Shown here piece by piece: positions 25,063 through 35,451 of a DNA stretch of 64,000 nucleotides. Under the pieces are notes generated by a model. That model was not told the origin of the DNA. It ran no database searches and saw only the letters and a list, made by a program, of their open reading frames with translations. Numbering within the stretch: the stretch's first letter is position 1; every line of letters starts with the position of its first letter. This stretch comes from Strigamia acuminata (Eukaryota). The position numbers were made by a program, and so were the translations under genes. The DNA lies in NCBI GenBank assembly GCA_949358305.1, contig OX442314.1, forward strand, positions 31,248,001-31,312,000, in the 5' to 3' direction.

Positions 25063-25277
25063 CAGGGGCGGATCTAGCTTTTCGGGGGCCCGGGGCTTGA
25101 GGTTTTTTTGGGGCTCCTTTATCGAAATTTTTAATAGCGACCTTTCATCTTTTTTGTTTTTTAGCGACCTTTTTTTTTTTTTTTTTTTTTAGTACATGGC
25201 CCTGCGTCTTGGGGGCTCCCTAGAATTTGGGGGCCCGGGGCTCAAGCCCCATTAGCCTCTATGTAGATCCGCCCCTG
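25063..25277. mobile_element. hAT-type MITE, 215 bp
   Basis: TIR CAGGGGCGGATCTA; 8-bp TSD ATTGCAGC. Confidence 0.92.
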
Positions 25278-28200
25278 ATTGCAGCACGCGCAAATAACAA
25301 TTCGAGTATAAAAATGGTAAAACTAATTTAATTGATTGCAGAAATTATCATAGGAAAGAAACGCGTGCTATCACGAATCTTTGCATACAAAAAAGATGGC
25401 GGTGGACCCAAAAAACGGGTTCGACTTTCGGTCAGCAAGGACCGGTCAGTAAATTTACATACTAGAGGGCTCTCTTAACAACCCTCGATAATAACAACAA
25501 AATTCAATAAATCAAAAGCTTGTAATAAATTCAACACTCAATAAATTCAAAGAAAACAAACATTTGACTAATTTAAACTAACATGACAAATGAAATTCAA
25601 CACTTAAAAATAATTAAATCAACAGATTTTACAATGATTGAATGATCGATGTGTTTGCTTTTAATTTTAATTCTGATAAAAGCATTAATTTCAAATCAAG
25701 CAAATTATGCGACCTAGCTGGGATAGAAAAATTTTGTATTTTGGAATTCAAAGAAGCAGTTCCATGAAAAAAGGAAGACAGCTGGAATCCCTCCCCAATG
25801 AGTGTGCATGAAGGGGGCAAGTGCTTTCAAAGTTTTTATATTTCCATATCCTTCTTCTTGAGGACAATTTATTATAACCTTTTGTTCATATGCAATACTA
25901 TACTGTATATCCACAACCTTTCTGTATTTAACTTATAAAAAGTTGGCCAAAGAGTCTTTTAATAAAGGTCGATGCATGACAATATCACAAACAGATACAT
26001 CAACAGGTTTGAGTTTCTTGATTATGTTGATGGTACTTGTAATTTTTTCTTGACTTGATAAAAATATGTTCCGTTCTAATGTGACTCCAAAATTTATCTC
26101 AGCTCATTGCATTGACGAGCTTGTGTGCGTACAACATGCATTCCACACATATTATGTATGAAATACGGATACGGGAATTTAGCAGGTTTATTAATATGTG
26201 ACTCTTACTTTGATAACAAAGACAAGATGCTAATAAAACCTCATCTTCCTGTATCTTAATTTTCACATAGTCAGAAAGAATACAAATTTTTATTGCAATT
26301 AATGACACATTTTCGTTATTTTGAATTTTATAGGAAATTATATAAAATTTTCTTTTCGAACTAATGTTGCGGCTGTGGCTGCTGCTGATGTTGCGGCGGA
26401 AACATCACTGATAGAGATGTTATGGTTGGTATTTGCGGCTGCTGGTTATCGAAAGGTGACTGGGGTTGGTGGGCTAAAAAAAACAACAGAAAACACTCAA
26501 GTACCAAATAGAAATATACCGTAAATAAAACATAAGTAATAAAGCAGCGCTAATCTTAATATGCGAAAAGATAACTAATTAATTTTAAAGGTAAGGCAAA
26601 CATAAAAACAAAAAAAAATTCTTCTCAAACCCAATGTCTAAAAAGACATTTAATAACCAGTAAGGGGAATATTCAAGGTAAACAGCGCCGGTCTCATGGT
26701 CAAATCCAGGTCGATCCTATTCCTGGGTCCTATTTTTGATTTCTCAAAGCAAAGATCCAGGACTAAAAGTCATGGGTAGTGAGTTGAGCCTCAAAAGTAA
26801 AGCTGGGGTTTAGATCTCCGCGCGTAAAGTTCTTAAAAGGGGCAACGCTCACCTGACAGGACGTACACATCGGCGTGTGGATTTTCGTGGAGTGTGTGAT
26901 ATTTACAGTTTAAGTCGTTTATTTGAATTACAAAATCAAGTACTTCAATGACAACAAATATTCCCCCAAAATTAAAATCACACAAAATTATAAAATGGAT
27001 TTGTGTTCTTTAGATTTTCCTTTTAGCACAACAGCAATATGTAACAAGTTTTAAGCTCGAAAGAAATTTTTAAGATTATTGTAACGATAAAAAAAAGGTT
27101 ATTTCTTAATGCAATTTTAATACAAATTAATTCAAGCAGGGTTACGATTTTTGAAATTAAACTGGGAATAACATATTGTCGGGGTTCTTATTGGTCATGG
27201 TTAAGGAGAATTATTCGTCAAGTTTGGTGTCGAGAAAAAATACAAATAAAACGGTTACAGTAAGTAAGGCGTTTCAAAGAAAATTACACGGAAACAGAAT
27301 TAATGTTATTTCGTAATAAGGGGGGAATTGTTCCATGGCGGAACGGATGGTGAGTTGAGTTGGTTTTAATTGAAAATTGTAGTATTCTGGCATTTACTAC
27401 TCATCAGAAAGGCCATTGCTTGGTCTTCTTCATATTGCAGCAGAACTAGGGCTTGTTTAGGGCTGAACTGCCAGTAGAAATAAATGTCGTTGACACGCTC
27501 AGATTTGCATTACGAATTGTTTATTCATGTTTTGGGAAGTTGCTAGGCAGTAAAAACTCCTAGCAACTTCAGTGCAAGATTGTTGTTTGTTTTACAGCAA
27601 GGTATTGTTATCAATTACATATGGTGCACCCGCATACACAACAAAAATCATCAATGTCGGCGAATTCGTTATGATCTAAACCTAACATTCCACTAAGTTC
27701 TTTCAAACTTCTCTATTCACTTCAACCACTTTGGCCCTTTCTTCTCTCTCAACTGGAGATAAAGTTGGGTTTCTTTGTTGACTAGTCCCAGCAATTGTTT
27801 CTACAAGGACTTCATTTTCCTCAATTACTTCTCTTTCTGTTCCTCCCGGCGATACAATTAATCTTGTAGTTCTCATCATGAAGCTGATCTCAACAAGGAA
27901 TTAGATTAATTAGGCTTCAACAGATAAAGTAGATTTCCTAACTTTCTAAGTTATACCCTAAGAATATAAAATTCTCCCACTGTCGGCTTCGTGAAGTTCG
28001 ACGAAAGGAATAAACGACAACTGCTTCAGTTCAAAGTATTGTGCAAACTGTTTAATCAAACGAAAAGTACAGAAATGTAAACACGCCCTCTCGTCTGCCA
28101 GCGAGAATTTTCTTAGTTTAACCTTGATTGAATTGTCATGCTTCAGGCGAATTTTGCACTCCTCATCCACGCACACGCCCAGCTCGTCTTGCTTGCTGAA

Positions 28201-28854
28201 CGCCTCCCTGTGTTTCCCCAGCACCCGCCTAAGTCGCTCTCTCTCCTCCGGCAAAACATCCTCGTCCGCCGCCTCCACGAGCGCCTCCATCTCCTCCACG
28301 AACAGCTGGTTCTCGGCGGGGGTCTGCTGCTTGGCTCGCAGAAGGCAGTTTAACATCGGCACCGAATCCTTAATTTCCTTGTAAAAAGTCACGTCCCCAT
28401 CGCCGGAGATCATCCACGCCAGGCCCGCCTGCTTACGCCAGTCCATCCTGATGATCAACGGAAAAGGCAGGTCTTTTATCACGGCTACATCGTTAATCCT
28501 AGTCCTCATTTTTCCAATTTGTACATTCAAGTCTACGTGACCCAACACCTGCTTGTCACCGTTTGCAGTCTTGAAATATTCCTTCTCCAAGTTTGGGCGA
28601 ATCTCAACGGTATCGCTGACATAAACTTGGTCCACAGACGAGCAATTTGCACCTCAGTCAATCGGAGCCTCCACCTGTCCCCCAAGCTCGGCCAACTGGC
28701 AATTAACAACCACAAGGTTTGACTCCAAGCACTTCGTCTTGACCATACAGATGTTAACTTTCCCGGTGGCGCCCTTTTGTTGCTTTTTGCTTCTTCGTCT
28801 TTCTGCTCTGGCTTCTTTGCTTTCGTGCAATCGAAGGAGCAGTGGCCAATCTCG

Positions 28855-30784
28855 TGTTAGATTGAGAAATAAATGTCCACACATCACTTAGATAAACAAA
28901 CAAACTGGTATATTGTCCAAAATGGTTTGAAATTACACACAAGCACTTCGCGCTGATTTTCAACGACAATCATCAAGTTCACACAATCCCATGATGCAAT
29001 TCTACTCAACATTAATAATAACAAACTCGTTCCACAAATCAACTTAATCTCTAACACATTAATTATTGTAACAAAACCCTCTAACAAATTCCCCCCTTGT
29101 TATTATAATTATGCAAACACTTAAAACAACATTTTCAATCATTCAATCACTACTGTTCATTAAAATATCCATAACTTCTTTGATCTTCACTCCGGATAAA
29201 TTCTTGGTTAAGAAATCCGCTAATTGCTTTTCTCCTGGAATATGTTTCACTTTCACTTCTTGGCTAGTTATCAGGTCTTTAGCCAAATTAACTCTTCTAT
29301 TCAAAAATTTTGTTCGCATCTTGTGCGTCCCTTCAGTCATTAGTGTTATCACATTCAAACTATCACAATAAATTTTTCCTTTTCCCTGCAAGTCTTCTTT
29401 ATTCAAATCCTCAATTAAATCTCTGTGCCAGATCAGTTCTTTGATGCCTTCATGAAATGCTTCCAATTCACTTTCGGTGGTTGATTGTGCTACGAATTTC
29501 TGCTTTTTTGATTTCCAATGTATTAAATCTTTACCATACAAAACTAATAATCCTGAAAATGATTTCCTGTCCAACGTTTTATCCCAGCTAGCATCAGTAA
29601 ATACTTCTAACGTCTTTCCTTCACTTCCGTATGTGATGCCATAATTTTCAGTTCCTTTGAGATAACGTAGAACTCTTTTTAATCCTTCCAGATGTATTTC
29701 TCTCAGTTCCTGGTTGTAACGCGATAAGTTTCCAAGCGTGAAACTTAGATCTGGTCTGGTGTGCGTTGCCAAGTATAGTAATCTTCCTAACAGTTCTTGG
29801 TACATTTTCCTATCCGTTTTTTCGCTTCCTTGTAGATAGCATTGTCGTAATCCTTGTGCTCGATTACAGTAGTCATCGACGGTTTCATGTTTCTCCATCG
29901 TTATGTGTGAAACCGCATAGTTCGCCTCTATTTTTGTTTTTTCTGCTGTACTCTGCATGTCATCTTCTATTTGCTTCCATAATTTTTTAGCATTCTTTTC
30001 ATGCATATATATCATCTGCTTACTTTCACTCATATTGTCTATTAACATCATTTTCGCCTTCGCATTCTTGTCGTCGTAATCATTCCAAGCCTGGTCTTCA
30101 TCGTCTCCTTTCACTTTTCCTTGTGGCGGTTCATCATCTATGATTACTGGTTTCCATAATTTTTTCCCTCTTAAATGGTCTTCTAAACGACAGGCCCACA
30201 GTGCATAATTTTGATCAGTAAGTGCGGGAATTCCGTACGTGTTTTCTTTACGGTGCGCCATCTTGTGATCCTCTTCACTACTACTGCTTGATGTGGTTTC
30301 CTCGTTGCTATCCGTGTTGCTTTTTCTATTATCACTGCTTGATGTGGTTTCTTCCTCACTGCTGCTTGATGCACTTTCCTCTTCTTCTATTATCTTTTGT
30401 AGCTCAGATATTAGTCTATTTTTGTTCCAAAAGCTCATCCGTGCCCGCTTTATGCACGCTTCCACTGTTTGGTTTCGGTTTTCGTTTTACTGCTTTTTCT
30501 GACCTTTTTCTCCACAGTGTTGAGTTTCAGCAAGTTCCTTCCTCTGCTACCATGTTAGATTGAGAAATAAATGTCCCCACATCACTTAGATAAACAAACA
30601 AACTGGTATAATGTCCAAAATAGTTTCAAAGTACACACAAGCGCTTCCCGCTGATTTTCAACGACAATCATCAAGTTCACACAATCCCATGATGCAATTC
30701 TACTCAACATTAATAATAACAAACTCGTTCCACAAATCAACTTAATCTCTAACACATTAATTATTGTAACAAAACCCTCTAACA
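28855..30784 (-). mobile_element. Internally deleted Ty1/Copia element, 1930 bp
   Basis: 232-bp LTRs at 28855-29086 and 30553-30784; TSD TCTCG; PBS TGGTAGCAGAG (initiator tRNA-Met); PPT present. Confidence 0.95.
29143..30465 (-). CDS. Copia Gag(N)-RT tail-RNase H in-frame fusion, ~440 aa
   Basis: NYALWACRLEDHLRGKKLW (Gag) joined to YQELLGRLLYL..TRPD, FTDASW, WKSKKQ, STTESE, QLADFLTK. Confidence 0.85.
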   Translation of the reverse strand: MEACIKRARMSFWNKNRLISELQKIIEEEESASSSSEEETTSSSDNRKSNTDSNEETTSSSSSEEDHKMAHRKENTYGIPALTDQNYALWACRLEDHLRGKKLWKPVIIDDEPPQGKVKGDDEDQAWNDYDDKNAKAKMMLIDNMSESKQMIYMHEKNAKKLWKQIEDDMQSTAEKTKIEANYAVSHITMEKHETVDDYCNRAQGLRQCYLQGSEKTDRKMYQELLGRLLYLATHTRPDLSFTLGNLSRYNQELREIHLEGLKRVLRYLKGTENYGITYGSEGKTLEVFTDASWDKTLDRKSFSGLLVLYGKDLIHWKSKKQKFVAQSTTESELEAFHEGIKELIWHRDLIEDLNKEDLQGKGKIYCDSLNVITLMTEGTHKMRTKFLNRRVNLAKDLITSQEVKVKHIPGEKQLADFLTKNLSGVKIKEVMDILMNSSD

Positions 30785-31626
30785 TCTCGTTGCACTGCCA
30801 GCACTGCATCTTCGACATGTCCATCCCCTTTTTGTATGATGTCTCATCACGCGGCCTCCTTCGGTGTTGTTTCCTAATTAATTCAATAAATGTATCGAAC
30901 CTTGCCATACGAAACAAGTCGCGGGTGTGCGAGTCACGCACTCCCTCTATAGTAACGTTGATTGTGTCCGCGGTTGAGAAATTATAAGTCTTCTTCGATG
31001 TCTCGATTAATGGAATCTTTGCTGCGAAATATGTGGCAGGAATCTCGTCCGTCGACTGCTTCCTTGCATCGATCCGTTGCCTCCAGCTGTCGTAGGTGTC
31101 GACGTCCAAAAAATCATCTCCACTCAGCTCAACCACGCTTCCTATTTTTTTCCGAAAATTTCATACCAATACACTACAGTGCTTCCTCCTTTAACTGGCC
31201 GTTGGCCACCGCAATTTTCGCATGCTCGGTCCACTTGCCTAGCATGCTCGACACATTCGATGAAATTTTTGACGTTCTCGTCGCATTTTCCTTTAAACGC
31301 GGGTACCCTTTTTGTGGTGTGTGGTGTCCACCCCGTGTTACACTTTAATTTGTCCCGCGGGTATTCTTTTTGTGGTGTCCACCTCGTGTTACACTTTAAT
31401 TTGTCCTGCGAGTACCGTTGCAGTCGCCACAATGGCTGACTTGACCTTGAGCGCCTTCTTTGTCACATTGTCCGCCAAAATGGTGGCCAGAAACTCAACC
31501 TTCTTTTTGCAATTACTAACGTCGATTCCCCGTAGCAGGCACTCGTCGCGAATATTTTCGCACCTTAAAACCCATATGGTCGGAGAATACATTTTGAAAT
31601 ACATTTTCAAAATGTATTTCAAAATA

Positions 31627-32391
31627 CAGGGTGGTCAGTAAGTCTGGTTCTATGTAAATAATTCCCAAACTGTTCTAGATGTTGATTCAGCAAAATTATT
31701 GTCAGGCTAGTATGAAGGGGGAAATCCAATTATGACATCCAACTTGACCTCAGAGGTCATCTTCAAGGTCATCCACATTGTAACTCGAGAACCGTGACAG
31801 ATAGAGAGAAAAAGTGAATTAGAAAGTTCTAGAGGACCATCTAATTAGTCTAGAACTGTTCTTAAAAAAATTATCTCTTACCGAAAAGTTTTGAGAAAAA
31901 AAGGTTGGAAATGTTAGTCTACTCAGCTTTGTAACATAAAACAATCATGTTGGAATGTATTTCCAAAATAAATTATTTCTTTTCTTTTGTGTTTCCTCTT
32001 TTCCACTTAGAAGTATGACCAAATAAAGTTTCCTAATTGAGGATTAGCTTGGTTGCCTCAATAGTTTTAGGTTACAAAGCTGAGTTGCAATGCTGAGTAG
32101 ACTAATGTTTCAGACCTTTTTTCTCAAAATTTTTCAGTAAGAAATAATTTTTTTAAGAACGGTTCTAGACTAATTGGATGATACTCTACAACTTTCTAAT
32201 TCACCTTTTTGCTCTATCTGTCAGGGTTCTCGAGTTACAATATGGATGACCTTGAAGATGACCTCAGAGGTCAAATTGGATGTCATAATTGGATTTCCCC
32301 CACAATACTATTCTTACAATCATTTTGCTGAATCAACATCTAGAACAGTTTGGGAATTATTTACATAGAACCAGACTTTCTGACCACCCTG
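31627..32391. mobile_element. Palindromic Tc1/mariner-type MITE
   Basis: CAGGGTG termini, TA TSD, ~300-bp inverted arms. Confidence 0.9.
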
Positions 32392-32421
32392 TATATTCGA
32401 AATGTATTGTGTAAAGTTATC

Positions 32422-33382
32422 GCAGCTAATTTTATAGAGCTTCGTCTTGCTTAATTTGAATTTGTGCCTTTTCCATCTGTCGGCGCTCTTGTTTCCTTCG
32501 TTCCTTCGCGATGGTTTCTCTTTGATTTATTGGAGCCACTTCCACAACAATTCTTGATGGTCTTGGTCCGAAAGACCAACCTCGTCCTTCTGGCACAGCT
32601 CGTACTCCTCGGGACACCATTTCTAGGCAAACTGGTCTTCTCTCCTCGTCTCCTTCTGGAACTTCTTGTTGATCGGACGACCTTTCTCTCGGGTCTCTTC
32701 GGAGTGCTCTTTCTTCTCCTTCTTTCGATTGATAATACACTTGCAGTTTCAAAACAAACTGGGTGCATAAGCTTAAGAGTGTTGCGATCCGGGAATTTGG
32801 TCGATAAATACTTACCTTTTACCAACCAAATCGCAATCGAGATGCCGTTTATAGGCTTTAAACTCAGTTGCCTGTAAAAATGTCTAGGGAATGAAATAAA
32901 GATATTTTTTGAATAAGTAAAAATGACAATTGTTTTTATTCGATAATTTACAATATATTTTACGAAATATAATATTAATTTAAGACTAGAAATTAATGAA
33001 GAAAGAATAGAAATGAAACGTGAGCGGCAAAGCTCACGCTAAACAAAGGAAGCTTTTGGCGCGCAACAAACGGTGTTTGTTGCACACACAAAAATGGCGA
33101 GACGGACCCGCCGATACAAATTTCACTGTACGTACGATGGCAAGCTCCGGAGCTGCGGTGGCTTACAATCATTTGCGATGGTTCACGGCAAGCGTGGTTG
33201 CTGTATCAGCGACGGTGAGTCCTAGATAGTTCAACGGGACTCACGATAACCTACAGTGAGCGGTTTATCGGGCGTTACCCGAGATTCGAATAAGGTGCAT
33301 GTAACAGACGATGCCTGTTACACACGAGCGCAAATGGGGCTGGTTCCACCGAAATGTCAGTGGAAACAGCAGAATGAATCTC
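32422..33382. repeat. 961-bp near-identical copy of 22895-23859 inserted in the Gypsy 3' LTR
   Basis: Few substitutions and one 4-bp indel; junction microhomologies GC and TCTC; no TSD. Confidence 0.9.
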
Positions 33383-33626
33383 TCTCGAAACTTGATGAAA
33401 ACTAATAAAATGACTTTTGCCAAAATGGCCACACGTCCAGTCAGTTTTATTTTCAAAGCAAGAATGTTTTATTTTACAGAAAATATACAAAGGTCTTTTT
33501 AATCTTAATCTTTTTAATCTCTGCTCACATTCCTCGCGTTGGCGCGCGTGTCTTCTTGGCGATCCTGTCGCCCCCTCGTGTTGTTTTTCCACGTCGCGCT
33601 TTTACATTGCACACTCGACCATCCGA

Positions 33627-35451
33627 CTACACGAGTCGGTCCTCCGACTCGTCCTGATCTTCGTCCTCGCTCGCGTTGTCGGCATCGTCGGTGATCTCCC
33701 ACCGCTTTATTTGGTCTGTTGGCGCCGTGACACGATATCGAGGTGGGTCCTCGAAACTCTGTACCTCGTACACCGTGTCGGAGATCTTGCGCCCGATTCG
33801 TAACGGCCCCCGATATAGTGCCGACAACTTTCCCGCCGTCCCTTGCGCTGCGAGTGCTTTTCGCCGCACAACAACCACGTCCCCCTCTTTAAACATTTTA
33901 TTCGGCCCCCGATGCCGATCAAAAGCTTTCTTTTGACGCACCTGTGCTGCTGTGAGTGCGTCGTGCGCCTCGTCTCGCGTCCGCTCAAAGTCCGCTTCTT
34001 CCTCGTCGTTATCCTCAACCGCGACCGCTGCTAGTCTTGGTTCAATGATGGTGCGTGGCTGGAACCCGTAGAGAATCTCCATCGGTGTCTTTCCGGTGCT
34101 CCTACTCGTTCTCGAATTCAACGCGATCTCGATTCCGTTTAAATGTGCCGCCCAGTCACTCCCATCCGCTTTCACCACACAGCTCGCCATCATTGGCACC
34201 AGTGTTCTGTTTGTCCGCTCCACTTGCCCGTTGGCCCTCGGATTTTCGGTGGAGGTCAGCACATGTCCCACCCCCAATTCGTTGCACAATTCAGTAAATT
34301 CGTTGTTCTTAAATGCGGTCTCCCTATCGGTGATAACTCGTGTGGGGACCCACATCCGCATACACAGTTCTCTCAGTTTTCGACACGTCTCTTTTGCGCT
34401 TGTTGATTTGGTCGCCCTCAAAAATGTCACCTTCGAGTAATTGCACACTGCCACCAGCACATATTTGTAACCCCCGCTCTTTGGGAATGGCCCTACGTGG
34501 TCCAGGTGGACCGTGTGCCACGGCACTTTCTCTCGAATTATCACGTTCAGTGCCCCTGGTCGCCGTCCCCCTGGTTCTTTGTAAATCAAACACTTGACGC
34601 AGGATCCGATGATGGCTTTTACAAACTTCCGCATTCTCGGGAACCAAAACCTCTTGAGAATCGCATCCATCGTCCCCTCTGTAGCCGGGTGCCCGTGTGA
34701 CTCATGCACTTCCCTCGTTATTTGCCGCTGTATCCCTTTTGGCACGTAAATTCGTTTTCGTTTCTTCTCCCCTTTTCTTCTTAAAATATGGTACACGTGT
34801 CCGTTTTTGAGTGTGAACTGCCGTATTTTGTTCTGCATCCGCTCGGTCAACCCCTCATTATTATTTTGCTGTAAAGCACTTTTAATTTCTCTGCACTCAA
34901 TGTCGCTCATCTGAGCAGCCTCTAACCAGTCTCCCCCCATTAGTCTAATCTCGTTCACTCGAAACCGACTCATCACCTCGTTCTCCTCGGTTTTCAACTG
35001 TTGACACGATTCAGCATTTCTGCTGAGCGCGTCGACGTGACTCATTAGCAGTCCCGGCCGATGTACGGTTCTAAAATCGTACTCGGACAACTGCAATACC
35101 CATCTGCCTATGCGAGGGGTCAGCTCTTTCTTTTTTAACCCATATCTAACCGCCTCGCAATCGGTAACGATCACAAACTCCGCCCCGTACACATACATCC
35201 TAAATTGTCGTACCGCCCAAACCACTGCTAGTAATTCTAATTCTGTGGAGTGGTACCGTCGCTCACAGTCCGTCGTTGTTCGGCTCGCGTACAATACTGG
35301 GTGCAATATTCCCCTCTCGTCCCCCTGCATCAAAATTGCCCCTAACCCCTCCTGCGACGCGTCTGTGTGTATTTCGCATGGGCGTGTATTATCAAACACC
35401 TTCAATACTGGTGCAGACACCAACTCGCCAATCAAGTTTCTAAACGCCGCT
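33627..35451 (-). CDS. pol: RNase H-integrase (continues after a +1 A in an A7 run)
   Basis: HTDAS, ELELLAV, HHCC, LDHVGP, TDRE, NGQVER, GPL. Confidence 0.9.

Noticed and set aside
25629..26308. Degenerate minus-strand gene
   Set aside because: Fragmented ORFs with no recognisable motif
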